From contig JASTWF010000327.1 of assembly GCA_030390025.1 (NCBI GenBank), forward strand, positions 186,001 through 250,000: a DNA stretch of 64,000 bases, in the 5' to 3' direction. The position numbers and the translations under genes are program-made. The notes under the pieces were generated by a model. That model had not been told where the DNA came from. It did no database searches and was given only the letters and a program-made list of their open reading frames with translations. Origin of the DNA: Squalus acanthias. Lineage: Eukaryota. Shown one piece after another: positions 25,000 to 37,644 of the stretch; the stretch's first letter is position 1, and every line of letters starts with the position of its first letter.

Positions 25000-25840
25000 G
25001 CTGTAGATTTTTGTCTTTCCCACCTGAGTGTTTAGCATCACCTGGCTGGAGCTCAGAAAGGACAATCTGGGGGAGGATCGTACGGCGGGAACAGAACTTC
25101 AGCCTGGACACAGTCCTTCAGGGCCACACTGAGAGGGGCAAACGGCACTTTGGTCTTTCTCGTCTCTCTTCACTGACAGCAAAGGCCCCGTGTGGGTTAA
25201 TCTTGAGGCCTGTGAGAAATGTGTCCCAGCCGCTCTCTGCCATGGTTCAGAGCTCCTAGGCACGGAACAGAAGGCTCCTTTACAACTGTGTTTAGAGTCA
25301 GGAAGAACAACGGTGAATGCTGGAAACGTGCTGTCAAATCAGAGATTGGTGTCAAACTGCGATCTGTTCCTGACTGAAAGTGAAACGGCAGGTTTAAGTT
25401 TCCAGTCTAAAAATGACTGGTAATTATTCTATGAAGATTTAATGTGTTTGTGTGACAGTCCTGAGTCTACCATTTTAAGGCAGGTGTTAACTCATTTAAA
25501 ATAAACCGTTTAAAATAAATTGGTTAAAGTCTGCATTAAAATAGCAGAGGGAGGAGTTCACAGGAGCCTGTTAACTGCTGGTACAATTATACAACAGACA
25601 TTTGATCTCCAGATAAAGAAGGACCTGCAGCGTGTTTCCAGGAATTCCCTGTTTTATTGATGTGTGTGTGTTAGACACCAGGATAACTAAAAATACACGA
25701 CCCGGAACATCCACGGGGGTGCGATCCCGACAGTTACTCTGGGATCACTCCCGCTGTGGAACTCCACCACTGACCCTGCTGAAGGTTGTAGGCTCAGGGA
25801 GTGGGGCCTCCAGGAGTGGACTGTAAGAAAGCTGGGTTTC
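25000..25840 (+). repeat. 3'-flank module 2, copy 2
   Basis: Near-identical to reverse complement of 13855-14690; follows ZNF-D 3' UTR and AATAAA at ~24971. Confidence 0.9.
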
Positions 25841-26144
25841 AGTATCCTGACAAATATATGCCGAGGAACCAGAGGAATCCTTACTGAGGAACCGTCTGGG
25901 GTTTTACCGGCCAGCGTAGGTCTCGGGGTGAATGATTCCTGACTCCCCGAACTGTCTTACATTGAACCCAGTTCAGATCAAGGTGAGTTCAGTTTACAGG
26001 AGAATAGGGACAAATATCACCCACAATTGAGGGAGACAAAAGCAGCCATTAGAGAAGCTCAGAGATCTTTGGAAATGAAGATGCTGCACAATTGTGGTAA
26101 TAATAGTAAAAGCTTTTCCAGCTGTGTCAGGAGTCAGAAGACAT

Positions 26145-27262
26145 AGTTACACAGAGTTACATCGAATTACAGAGTCTACAGCACAGGAACAGGCCATTCG
26201 GCCCAACTGGTCAATGCCGGTGTTTCTGCTCCACACGAGTCTCCTCCCACCACTCTTCATCGAACCCTATTAGCATATCCTTCTATTCCTTTCTCCCTCA
26301 TGTGCTTATCTACCTTCCCCATGAATGCAGCTGTGCTATTCGCCTCAACTACTCCTTGTGGTAGCACGTTCCACATTCTTACCTCTCTTTGGGTAAAGAA
26401 GTTTCTCCTGAATTCCCCATTGGATTTATTAGAGACTGTGTTATATTTATGACCTGTAGTTTTGGACTCCCCCACAAGTGGAAACATTTTCTCCAGGTCC
26501 ACCCTCTATAACCTTTTCATAATCTTAAAGACCTCGATCAGGTCACCCATCGGCCTTCTCTTTATTCTAGAGAAAAGAGCCCCAGCCTGTTCAGCCTTTC
26601 CTGATAAATATATCCTCTCAGTTCTAGGATCATCCTTGCAAAGCCTTTTTCCACCTTCTCCAGTGCCTCTATATCCTTTTTATAATATGGAGACCAGAAC
26701 TGTGCACTGTACTCCAAGTGTGGTCTAACCAAGGTTCGATACAAGTTTAACATAACTTCTCTGCTTTTCAATTCTATCCCTCTAGAAATGAGCCCCAGTC
26801 CATTGTTTGCTCCTGTTATGGCCTCATTAACCTGCGTCGCTACTTTTAGTGATTTGTGTATCTGGACCCCGAGATCCCTTTGCTCTTCTACCCCATTTAG
26901 ATTCTTATTTTCCAGTAGTGTGTGGCCTCCTTATTCTTCCTACCAAAACACACCACCTCACACTGATCTATAGTGAAATTCATTTGCGAATTACACTCCC
27001 ATTCTGCAAGTTTGTTAATGTCTTCTTGCATGTTGTCACAGTCTTCCTCAGTATTAACTTTACCTCACAATTTGTTGTAATCGACAAAGTTTGAAATTGA
27101 AGCTTCCGATTCCCGAGTCCAAACCGTTTCTGTAAATGGTGAACAACAGTGATCCCAGCACCGATCCCTGTGGAACACCACTTCCCACCTTTTGTCAGTC
27201 TGAGTAGCTACTCCTAACCCCTACTCTCTGTTTCCTGTTTTGTGACCAGCTTGTTATCCATA
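26145..27262 (-). mobile_element. CR1-clade LINE 3' fragment, decayed
   Basis: Minus ORFs 26562..26771 and 26257..26502; rc gtgttccacagggatcggtgctggg near 27150. Confidence 0.88.
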
Positions 27263-28029
27263 ACAGTTTGTAAGATCTAGAAGATGACCAAGGTCAGGCC
27301 GTGTGGAGTGAAGGGCCAGGCAGCAGAATGGATGGAAAGATGGCTACAAAACAGAAATCAGAGGGTTGGAGTTAAGGGAAGTTTGTAGCGACCTTTGTGT
27401 GTGTCACAAATAGATTTTGTTCTATTTTGAATAGAAATACAAAAGCTCTACTAGACATGTTAAACTACTAGTTATTTAATCAGGGCTGCAGCTGCTGAAA
27501 GGTTGACTGTACTGAGGTTTGTGGCCAGAGCTGGCAGACGTGTTGTTCTGAAGTCTGATGTCTCACACCTGAAGAGTCTGTTTATGTCGTGTTGTAATGA
27601 CCTTTTTCTGTTGCCTGGTGTCAGAAATAGAAATCAAAGGGAGATGATGCCTCACTCTGTTAATCAACTCTTTGACACATTCCCATGCATTTCCTTTCTT
27701 AATTTACAAAGATCACAACTCCATTAGTGAACAATGGATTGCCAGTCTGCCACTTTTTAGTGAGGCTTGAAAGGATTCGCTGTGAAGCTACACCTGCCCA
27801 TCTGTCTGTGTGTCACTGTGTTTGGATTGTGTTAGACAACAGCCCTAATATCTCGCCTACATCCATTACAATTTTTGAAATGTTAGATTGTACTTGGAAG
27901 AAGTTGAGTTTGAATCTGACAATTCTGAAATTGGGAGCTGTTAATGATTTCTGTTTTTCACATAACTATATAGTGATGTGATCAGTCAAAGCAAATTAAA
28001 AGATGCTGCTATTTACTGAACACAACTGA

Positions 28030-28235
28030 ATAATTCTACAAGGATGCTATCGCAGTCTTCCTCAGTATTAACTACACCCCCCAATTTAGTGTCATCAGCA
28101 AATTTTGAAATTGTACTTCTGATTCCCGAGTCCAAATCATTCATGTAAATGGTGAACAACAGTGGTCCCAGCACCGATCCCCGTGGAACACCACTTCCCA
28201 CCTTCCGCCCGTCTGAGTAAATACCTTTAACTCAT
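28030..28235 (-). mobile_element. Short CR1 RT fragment
   Basis: ORF 28013..28201 GVPRGSVLGPLLF..KFADDTKL. Confidence 0.85.
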
Positions 28236-28252
28236 CCCGTTACTATAACTGG

Positions 28253-28620
28253 ACTTGTCTCCATTCCCGTGCCGAGGGGATTGCTGTACCAGACGGGAGG
28301 GGCAACATTTGGGGACTCTCGATTCTCCACCAATTCCCATTCCCCTTCTTTCTGGTGGATAATGGAGGTGCCACTGTGTGTAATGTGCAAGTCAGTAAGA
28401 ATTGTCAGCGAGGATTAATCAGCACTTTCTAATTGGAGATGTTAATCAGCGGAACATTTCAGACACTGAATTGTAGATTTTGTACCAAAGATCAATTTAG
28501 GATTGAAGTAAAAGTTCATAATTTTATTGTAAAATAATTCAGGGACTCTCATCAGAAATTAAGGGGAAAGATCAGACAGCGGTTCTGAAACGAACACTGC
28601 AGCCCCGACAAGTCAATCAG
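28253..28620 (-). repeat. 3'-flank module 3 (copies also at 36585-36950 and 46642-47000)
   Basis: acttgtctccattcccgtgccgagggg...gtcagtaagaattgtcagc near-identical downstream of ZNF-E, G and H. Confidence 0.9.
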
Positions 28621-28762
28621 CTATATATCCAGAATATTAAACTCCAGCCCAGTTATAGGGTTATTAATATCAGCAGAAACAAACCCCAACTGTCAGAATG
28701 AACAAGGTTCAGTCCTGGATGTGATTAACAGCAGCAATAACATCAGAATCCAAGCCCCGCAG

Positions 28763-29689
28763 TCACTTGTGAACTCGCTGGTGTCTCAGCAGGTTGGATG
28801 ACTGATTGAATCCCTTCCCACACACGGAGCAGGTGAACGGCCTCTCCCCAGTGTGAACTCGCTGGTGTGCCAACAGGTTGGATGACTGAGTGAATCCCTT
28901 CCCACACACGGAGCAGGTGAATGGCATCTCCCCAGTGTGAACTCGCTGGTGTGTCAGCAGGTTGGATGACTGATTGAATCCCTTCCCACACACGGAGCAG
29001 GTGAACGGTCTCTCCCCAGTGTGAACTCGCTGGTGTGTCAGCAGGTTGGATGAATGAGTGAATCCCTTCCCACACACGGAGCAGGTGAATAGCATCTCCC
29101 CAGTGTGAACTCGCTGGTGTGTCAGCAGGTGGGATGACCGAATGAATCCTTTCCCACATACGGAGCAGGTGAACGGCCTCTCCCCAGTGTGAATGCGCTG
29201 GTGTATCAGCAGGTTGGATGAATGAGTGAATCCCTTCCCACACACAGGGCAGGTGAACGGCCTCTCCCCAGTGTGAATGCGCTGATGTCTCAGAAGGTCG
29301 GAGGAATTAGTGAATCCCTTCTCACACATGGGGCAGGTGAACGGCCTCTCTGCAGTGTGAATGTGCTGGTGTATCAGCAGGGTGGATGAATTAGTGAATC
29401 CCTTCCCACACACAGGGCAGGTGAACGGCCTCTCCCCAGTGTGATTGCGCTGGTGTGCAATGAGGTGAGATGACTGCCTGAATCTCTTCCCGCAGTGAGA
29501 GCAACTGAACGGTCTCTCCTCAGTGTGAACTCGCTGGTGTGTCAGAAGGTGGGATGACTGACTGAATCCCTTCCCACACTCGGAGCAGGTGAACGGCCTC
29601 TCCCCGGTGTGGCTGCGTCGATGAATTTCCAGCCGGGACGGGGAGCTGAATCCCTTCCCACAGTCCCCACATTCCCACGGTTTCTCCGT
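28763..29689 (-). CDS. ZNF-E: open C2H2 array, 11 fingers; start uncertain (ACG at 29689)
   Basis: Frame open from 29725 to TGA 28763; TGA at 29885-29887 and 29726-29728 upstream; first ATG only in finger 5. Confidence 0.7.
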   Translation of the reverse strand, partial: TEKPWECGDCGKGFSSPSRLEIHRRSHTGERPFTCSECGKGFSQSSHLLTHQRVHTEERPFSCSHCGKRFRQSSHLIAHQRNHTGERPFTCPVCGKGFTNSSTLLIHQHIHTAERPFTCPMCEKGFTNSSDLLRHQRIHTGERPFTCPVCGKGFTHSSNLLIHQRIHTGERPFTCSVCGKGFIRSSHLLTHQRVHTGEMLFTCSVCGKGFTHSSNLLTHQRVHTGERPFTCSVCGKGFNQSSNLLTHQRVHTGEMPFTCSVCGKGFTQSSNLLAHQRVHTGERPFTCSVCGKGFNQSSNLLRHQRVHK

Positions 29690-30061
29690 GGTGCGGGTGT
29701 CCTTGTGTCTCTCCAGGTCGAACGATCAGTTGAAGCCTCGTCCACACACAGAACACGTGCACGGTTTCTCCCCGCTGTGAACGGTGCGATGTTTTTTCAG
29801 GCTGTGTAACTGGTTAAAGCTCTTTCCACAGTCAGTGCACTGGAACACTCTCACTCGGGTGTGTGTGTCTCGGTGCTTTTCCAGTCACACTGATGTTTGA
29901 AATCTTTTCCCACAGACAGAACAGACAAACATTTCTCCTTCCACATTCAAAGGCTGATGATATTCCCTGTAAAAGTAGTTTACAAAGGTCATCACTGTAA
30001 GTTCAGGATTAAAATGCAGAACAGATAATTCTAGTTTCTATGGAACATTCTTTCCTCTCTT

Positions 30062-30310
30062 ATTACATAGAATTACATAGATTGTACAGCACAGAAACAG
30101 GCCAATCGGCCCAACTGGTCCATGCGGTGTTTATGCTCCACACGAGCCTCCTCCCATCTCTCTTCATCTCACCCTATCAGCATCTCCTTCTATTCCTTTC
30201 TCCCATGTGTTTATCCAGCTTCCCCTTAAATACATCCCTGCTGTTCGCCTCAACTACTCCCTGTGGCAGCAAGTTCCACATTCTCAGCACTCTCTGGGTG
30301 AAGGAGTTTA
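30062..30310 (-). mobile_element. CR1 3'-end fragment in ZNF-E intron (second fragment at ~30722-30945)
   Basis: Encodes FTQRVLRMWNLLPQGVVEA; CR1 3'-UTR motif (rc ttgggccgattggcc). Confidence 0.8.
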
Positions 30311-31194
30311 ATCTAAATAGGACTTTCCTGGGCAGCCAATGAGCACTGCTGCCTCTTTCGTGCATTTCCTGGTGAGGCGCAACAGTTGATATTTTCTGAT
30401 CAAAAAGAGCTGAGCTCGGCAGCATTAGTCCTGTTTTGCATCCTTTGGAGACCAGGTGTACGAGCAGAGTGAGCGCAGCCTTCACAGCAACCGCAATAAA
30501 ATTGTTACAGTTGTGAAGGAACTTTGTGTCAGTGCACTGGACCAGAAACAAAGTATGTGTGTCGATTATTGTCTGACTGCACTACTGTAAAGTGCCTTGA
30601 AATGTTTTAAAAGCTCTATATAAAGGTAAGTTGTTGTTGGTGTATAGAGTACTCTGTTGAAATTTAGTGAAATGATCGATAACCAAGGAAGATCATTTCT
30701 TTGTTTGGTTCTGTTAGTTTTCATAGAATCATGGAAAAGTACAGCACCAAGGAGGCCATTCGGCCCATCGTGCCTGTGCTGGCTCTTAGAATGAGCAGTC
30801 GTGCTTAGTCCCACATCCCTGCTTGTGTCCGTAACCCTGTAAATTCCTCATCCTCAAATACCCGCCCAACTCCCTTTTAAAATCATTGATGGGATCAGCT
30901 CATGACTTTTTCAGGTAGGGCGTTCCAGATCCCGACAACTCTCCAATTGTTACCATAGTTGCCTTCTGTGAAGGTTTAATAATAAATGCATTTTGCTATG
31001 AAAGCAATTAAAACATTTCCAGTATATAAATAGACAGATGCATCAAAATATTAAAATTGTGGGAGGGAGGGCAGTGCCCGCCCAGGGCCCAAAAAACAAC
31101 GGAATTCTTGTTTCCCAACCCAATGTTTAGAAGATGAAGTCCCAGAGCTGCCTCTGGCTCGGTTCCACCTGCCCTATTCTGACAAGCTGAGGTG

Positions 31195-31305
31195 TTGGTC
31201 AGTGCACTGTGATTGGTCAGTGCACTGTGATTGGTCAGTGCACTGTGATTGGTCAGTGCACTGTGATTGGTCAGTGCACTGTGATTGGTCAGTGCACTGT
31301 GATTG
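31195..31305. repeat. 18-bp tandem repeat, ~6 copies
   Basis: Unit gattggtcagtgcactgt. Confidence 0.95.
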
Positions 31306-31549
31306 CCCTGTGGGCAGAAAATGGCAAATCTAGAAATATGACCAAAATAACACATTTTAACCCCAAAGCTGTAAATCCCCGTCCCACACACTCTCCCTCC
31401 TCCCTGTGCTGAAATCCAAACCCATCGCACCATCTCCAACATTTCTTTCCTCCACTCCCAGTTTTCTCCCTCCCTCTACTCTGGTTGGGTTCAGTTCCAC
31501 ACCCGCTGTGTGCAGAGTGAGAATAAAATCAATGAGTCAATGATTGTCT

Positions 31550-31950
31550 CTCCTGGTCACTGGGACCCTGAAGCCCCGCCCACTCTTTGTTCCTGGCCAA
31601 GATGGCCGCGCATGCGCCGTGATCCCGCCCTGTCCAAGATGGCGGCCAGTGACCCCGCTGACCCGGCCGGCCGGGCCTGTCACCGCGGGGCAAACACGGG
31701 GCCTGTGGGCTCTTATTGGGGGCCTGAGGCCGACACCGGGTGTTTATGAAGCTTTCCAGCCCAGCCGCTGGTCCAATTCCTCCCCGAGCCCACAATCTCT
31801 TACCGCCTCCCGGAAGCGTGTCTTCCTCATCAGCTCAAAGCCTCCACTGGCACTGCGCATGCTCAGAACACTGCCCTGACTTGCGCCTGCGCACTGGGCT
31901 CCTGTAGTAATTGATAGGGCACATTCTCCCGCGCTGAGGATTCTGGATAA
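31550..31950 (-). promoter_or_regulatory. CpG-island promoter of ZNF-E
   Basis: NRF1 31608-31617, YY1 31636-31646, GC box; paralogous to the ZNF-A promoter. Confidence 0.75.
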
Positions 31951-31984
31951 AAGCCTCGCCATTGAAAACTCTAATGGTAATATT

Positions 31985-32640
31985 TGTTTACTATAAACTG
32001 GACTCAGAAATTAGAGGTATATTGTCGCAATTTGAAGATGACGCCAAATTGGGTGATATATAGCTAATAATTTTGACTGCGCCAAAATACAGGAATACAT
32101 AAACAGGCTTGCAGACTGTGCAGATAAATGGGAAATGAAATTCAATATAGTGAAATGTGAGGTGGTTCATTTTGGTGGGAGGATTAAGGAGGCCACCTAT
32201 TCCTAAGAAGGTAAGAAACTAAATGGAGTAAAGGAGCAAAGAGATCTGGAAATACACACACATAAATTGCTAAAAGTAGTAACGCAAGTTGATAAGGCCA
32301 TAAAGCATGGAAAGAAAGTGCTGGGGTTCATTTCTACCGGAATATAATACAAATGCAGGGAGGTAATGTTACATTTATATAGAACCTTGGTTAGACCACA
32401 CTTGAAGTACTGTGGGCAGTTCTGGTCTCCATATAACAAAGGATATTGAAGCACTGAAGAAAGTGCAGAATAGATTTACAAAGTGTCACCAGAGAGGATG
32501 CAACTAGCAAGCAAGATTGAGCAAGCTGGGGCTCTTTTCTCTGGTAAAGAGAAGAATAAGAGGAGACCTGTTAGAGGTCTTTAAAATTATGTCAGGGTTC
32601 GAAACCGTGGAGAAGGAGGAACTTTCCATTTATCGGTGAG
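31985..32640 (+). mobile_element. Old decayed CR1 RT fragment
   Basis: aaatgtgaggtggttcattttgg; agaaccttggttagaccacacttgaagtactgtgggcagttctggtctcc. Confidence 0.75.
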
Positions 32641-32794
32641 TCTGATAGTAGCTGCATTGTGGTCGTTTTCAGTATTTGAAGAAAGTCCTTTAAAACATGA
32701 AGAATTTGGCAAAAGTAAAAGTAAACTCCATTGGAGGTAAACACAATCAGCAGAATTTTTACCTGACCCTTCACCCTTTGATTAATTTGATATA

Positions 32795-33171
32795 TACCCA
32801 GAATATTAAACTCCAGCCCAGTTATAGGGGTTATTAATATCAGCAGAAACATACCTCAACTGCCAGAATGAACATGGTTCAGTCCGAGATTTGATTAAGA
32901 GCAGCAATAACAGCAGCTTCCAACCCCTGCCGTCACATGTGAACTCGCTGGTGTGTCAGCAGGTTGGATGAACGAGTAATTTATTTCCCACACACGGAGC
33001 AGGTGAACGGGTCTCCCCTGTCTGAGTGCGTTGGTGTGTCTGCAGATTGTTTTTGCTTTTGAAGCTCTTCTCACAGTCCGGACATTTAAAAGGTCTATCA
33101 CCAGTGTGAACCAGCTGGTCTATCAATGTGAAAACATTGGTGCATGACTGAGTGAATCGCTTCCCACACAC
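32795..33171 (-). pseudogene. ZNF-F: 3' remnant with ~3 degenerate fingers and the shared 3' UTR
   Basis: ORF 32956..33171 with [22 protein letters not shown]; frameshifts; UTR homologous to other paralogues. Confidence 0.8.
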
Positions 33172-33279
33172 GCTCTTTAAAAAACGACCTCACTCCCACA
33201 GGCAAGCAGAGGCACTCTACCTTTACCAAAAAAAACACAAAATATAGAGAAGGGTTAATTCTCCACCCCACTATAACAG

Positions 33280-33700
33280 TGAACTCTCTGTCCTCGGCCT
33301 CTTACACTGTTCTAATGAAGCTCAACGTAAGCTCGAGGAACAGCACCTCATCTTTCTATTCGGAACTCTACAGCCTTCTGGACTCAACACTGAGTTCAAC
33401 AATTTCAGATCATAACCTCTGCCCCCATTTTTTCGGATGGCAGTTGTTGCTGATGATTCTGATATTCCCATTTACACCTCCTCTAGACCCATCTTTTGTT
33501 TCTTCACTTGTCCCTTTACCATCTCCTTTTGGCTTGCACCAACATCCCTTTTGTCATTTAATCTCTCCTGTCTTCCATCCTATCTCAGACCTTCCATTTT
33601 GTTCTTTCCTCCCCTTTCCCTGCCTCTGTAATTTCATAAAACCTGTTACATCTCTAACTTTTTCCAGTTCTGACGAATGTTCATTGACATGAAACGTTAA
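33280..33700 (+). mobile_element. Penelope-like element 3' fragment
   Basis: 33320-33410 translates as RKLEEQHLIFLFGTLQPSGLNTEFNNF, typical GIY-YIG C-terminus; pyrimidine-rich tail ending gaaacgttaa. Confidence 0.7.
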
Positions 33701-34168
33701 TAGAATCATAGAAATTTACGGCACAGAAGGAGGCCATTCAGCCCATCGTGTCTGTGCCGGCTGAAAAAGAGCTACCCAGCCTAATCCCACTGTCCAGCTC
33801 TTGGTCCATAGCCTTGTAGGTTACAGCACTGCAAGTGCATATCGGAGTACTTTTTAAATGTGATGAGGGTTTCTGCCTCGACCACCCTTTCAGGCAGTGA
33901 ATTCCAGACCCCCATCACACTCTAATTTTATACACCGCAATTAAATCTCCCCTCAGCCTCCTCTCTTCCAAAGAAAACAACCCCAGCCTATCCAGTCTTT
34001 CCTCATAGCTAAAATTCTCCAGTCCTGGCAACATCCTCGTAAATCTCCTCTGTACCCTCTCTCGTGCAATTTCATCTTTCCTGCAATGTGACCAGAACTG
34101 TACTCAGTATTCTAGCTGTGTCCTAACTAGTGTTTTATACAGTTTTAGTATAACCTCGCTGCTCTTTT
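33700..34168 (-). mobile_element. CR1 3' fragment with internal deletion
   Basis: Homologous to 16431-17030. Confidence 0.85.
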
Positions 34169-34849
34169 GGGACATACAATGACAGGAAGGGAACCTTCCT
34201 CCACAAAGCAATGCAGATAATTTAATCAGTGATGCTGCACCATATTTTGTGCATAAAGTCACACTTGCTTTTTTTTAATGGGAACAGGTGCATAAAGCAG
34301 TTCAATGATCATGTTAACATCAAATATTAAATAAACTAAATACAGCCCTTCATGTTCGCTGACACAACATAAACAGCCTTGTAAAGTGGCTGGAAACTAA
34401 ACCCGAGGTTATGAGGATTTCAAACAGCAAGCTGTGAGAGTGACTGGCAATGATGTGACAACATGGGAATTTTGGCTACAGATATAGTGTCCCTGTGGGA
34501 GACTAATAACCAAATGTAATGTTGCTAGAAGGAGGAGTGAACACCCACAGGACCACTGACTACTGGTGACCGAACAAGGCAAATTCTATTTTTACTACAT
34601 GGGATTCTGGGAATGTTACCAGAGTTTTCGAGGCTGAATTCTGCAATTCATCCATTTTTTTCTGTGAAAACCATAAAATCGTTTGCTATAATGTTCTTAT
34701 ATTTAGACAGATGGTACACATTGGCTATTAGCAGCTTTAAGAAGATGCCTGACTTATTGGCATCTAAAGCAAACAATAGTTTATCTTTTACAATTCCTGG
34801 TGGAATATTCTAGATTTTGTTGGAAGATCACAGGATAGGTTTGGATGAA

Positions 34850-35985
34850 GATGGCCCTTCAGCCCATTTAATCTCCTTCTAGAATACCAACCTTACCATC
34901 TTTCCATTACAGCATCTGTTTCTTCATTACTCCAGTGTCCTGGCATAAACCACCCTGCTGGCAACCCATTTCAGCTGTTGATCACCCTCTGAGTAAAGAA
35001 AGATTTCCTGCCGTCTATCCTAAATTTGCTCTCCACACCCATGAACCCTGTGCCCTCATGTCCTGCTGCCCAGATGTATCTGAAAGTATTGTTCCAGATT
35101 TACTTTCTCTATCCAGGTAAGTATTTATATACCTCTATTAATGTTGCTTCTAAGACCTGTCTTCTTGAGGTTGAAGAAGAGGACTTGCTGATCAAGTTGT
35201 ACATCATAACTCTTCCCTCTAACACCATGGATCAGGGTTTGTTGCTTTCTTCTGGATTGCCAGTAAGACCTGGATGGCTCCTATAATATCACGGTGACCA
35301 GGACTATATGCAGCATACCAAGTGCAATGTGACCAGGGCAGCTTCGGCATTAGCTCTAGGTATTTGAACTGAACTGATTTGACAATATGATCCAGCATGC
35401 TATTTCCTTTGTTTATTGATGAGCCACACCTTTTAGGAATGATGAGTGGTGACTCATCTAACACCCTAAGGTTTGTCTCAACTTCCCACTTGACAAGTTC
35501 TATCCCACCCATTTCTATTTTTCCCTAATAAACAGTATCTTGCCTTTTTCTATATTGAGTTTCATTTGCCAATGGTCATTCTTTGAAAGCTCCCTTTGTA
35601 AGATCCTACTTGCCTCCTCTGAATTCACATTCTTTCCTAGCTTGGTGTCATCTCCAAATTTAACTGTTTTATATTCTGATTCTGATTCCAGGTCACCTTT
35701 GTAGACCAAGACCAGGAGGGATTCCCAGCATGGACCCCTGGGGTAACCCACTCAGTATCCTCCCTTTGCAACCTAGCTTCACCTTGATAGTAATTAATCA
35801 ATATGCATGTTTCACCTTGAAACCTACTGACCTTAGTTTGTAAAGAAGTCTCTCATGCAATACTTTATCAAAGGCCTTTTGGATGTCCAGGTACACGACA
35901 TCATTTAATTTGGGATACGTCCCATTTAATTCGGGACGTCATCTCTTTCAAAAAAGTCTAAGAAGTTGGTTAGGCAAGATCTATC
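34850..35985 (-). mobile_element. Highly decayed CR1-like RT relic
   Basis: Minus ORFs with SCLTNFLDFF and KFGDDTKLG. Confidence 0.6.
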
Positions 35986-36059
35986 TACTGATTCTCTCTC
36001 CACAGATGCTGCCTGACCTGCTGAGTATTTCCTGTTTTTATTTATAATAGAGAAGGGTG

Positions 36060-36530
36060 AAGCTGTGTCTGTCCCTTTAACGGCAGCTGCCCAGACACAG
36101 GGTGCTGTCCCTTTAAGAATGAGTGACGGGGACAATCCAGATTCCTCTTTCAGGTTTTCTGGGGAGGATGTCAGGAGCCCAGCGCGCAGGCGCGGGACAG
36201 GCACTGCGCGGTCACCGGGCGGAGCAGCAGGTCGGCGGGCGCGGGATTGGGAGATTAATAAACTGCGGTAGGCCGCACCGCAGGGTTTATAAAGTTGGAG
36301 AACGGCCTCAGGCCCGAATGAAATCCAGCGGCCCGGTCTGTGTTCAACCGGACGGCAGCTGTGAGGCTTTTTCTCGGTGACAGGCCCGGGTTACGCGCCG
36401 CCATCTTGGTGGAGGAAAGACAGACCGGTTCCACCTGCAGCAGGGCGCCTGCATGGCCATCTTGGTACAGGAACAGAGAGTGGGCGGGGCTTCAGGGTCC
36501 CAGTGACCAGGAGAGAAAATCATTGACTCA
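36060..36530 (+). promoter_or_regulatory. Orphan ZNF-type CpG-island promoter on + strand
   Basis: YY1 GCCGCCATCTT near 36397; ggaacagagagtgggcggggcttcagggtcccagtgaccaggagagaaaatcattgactca is the reverse complement of 31533-31595. Confidence 0.7.
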
Positions 36531-36969
36531 CACAGACAAACATTGCTCCTTCCACATTCAGAGGCTGATGATACTCAGCCTGTTACTTGTCTCCATTCCC
36601 GTGCCGAGGGGATTGCTGTACCAGACGGGAGGGGCAACATTTGGGGACTCTCGATTCTCCACCAATTCCCATTCCCCTTCTTTCTGGTGGATAATGGAGG
36701 TGCCACTGTGTGTAATGTGCAAGTCAGTAAGAATTGTCAGCAAGGAATAATCAGCACTTTCTAATTGGAGATGTTAATCAGTGGAAACTTTCAGACACTG
36801 ATTTGTACCAAAGATTAATACAGGATTGAAGTAAAATGTATAATTTTATTGCAATTTCTGATGAGAGTCCCTGAATTAAGGGGAAAGATCACAGACAGCG
36901 GTTCTTAAAGTAACACTGCAGCCCCACAAACACAATCGGCTATATATCCAGAATATTAAGCCCCTGCAG

Positions 36970-37644
36970 TCACACGTGAACTCGCTGGTGTCTCAGCAGG
37001 TTGGATGACTGATTAAATCCCTTCCCACACAGGGAGCAGGTGAACAGCCTCTCCCCAGTATGAACTTGCTGGTGTCTCAGCAGGTTGGATGACTGATTAA
37101 ATCCCTTCCCACACACGGAGCAGATGAACGGCCTCTCCCCAGTGTGAACTCGCTGGTGTGTCAGCAGGTTGGATGATTTAGTGAAGCCTTTCCCACAAAC
37201 GGAGCAGGTGAACAGCCTCTCCCCAGTATGAACTCGCTGGTGTGTCAGCAGGTTGGATGACTGATTAAATCCCTTCCCACACACGGAGCAGGTGAACGGC
37301 CTCTCCCCAGTGTGAACTCGCTGGTGTACAATGAGATTGAATGACTGCCTGAACCTCTTCCCACAGTGAGAGCAACTGAATGGTTTATCGTCAGTGTGAA
37401 CTCGCTGGTGTTGAATCAGTTCCTCAGAGCTTTTAAAGCAGTGCACACAGTCGGAGCATTTAAAAGGTCTCGCATCAGTGTGAACCCGCTGGTGTCTCAG
37501 AAGGTGGGCTGACTGAGTGAATCCCTTCCCACACACGGAGCAGGTGAATGGCCTCTCCCCGGTGTGACTGCGTCGATGAGTTTCCAGCTCAGACGGGTAA
37601 CTGAATCCCTTCCCACAGTCCTCACATTTCCACGGTTTCTTCGT
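36970..37644 (-). CDS. ZNF-G: open C2H2 array, 8 fingers; no in-frame ATG (ACG at 37644)
   Basis: Frame open 37680 to TGA 36970; upstream TGA at 37840-37842 and 37681-37683; acceptor ends at 38009. Confidence 0.7.
   Translation of the reverse strand, partial: TKKPWKCEDCGKGFSYPSELETHRRSHTGERPFTCSVCGKGFTQSAHLLRHQRVHTDARPFKCSDCVHCFKSSEELIQHQRVHTDDKPFSCSHCGKRFRQSFNLIVHQRVHTGERPFTCSVCGKGFNQSSNLLTHQRVHTGERLFTCSVCGKGFTKSSNLLTHQRVHTGERPFICSVCGKGFNQSSNLLRHQQVHTGERLFTCSLCGKGFNQSSNLLRHQRVHV

Noticed and set aside
25011..25423. ORFs recurring three times in module 2 (MSFPPECLASPGW...)
   Set aside because: Recurrence explained by duplication; non-ATG starts, overlapping frames, no domain similarity recognised
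29520..29809. Alternative-frame and antisense ORFs over ZNF exons ([22 protein letters not shown] types)
   Set aside because: Standard shadow frames of C2H2 arrays
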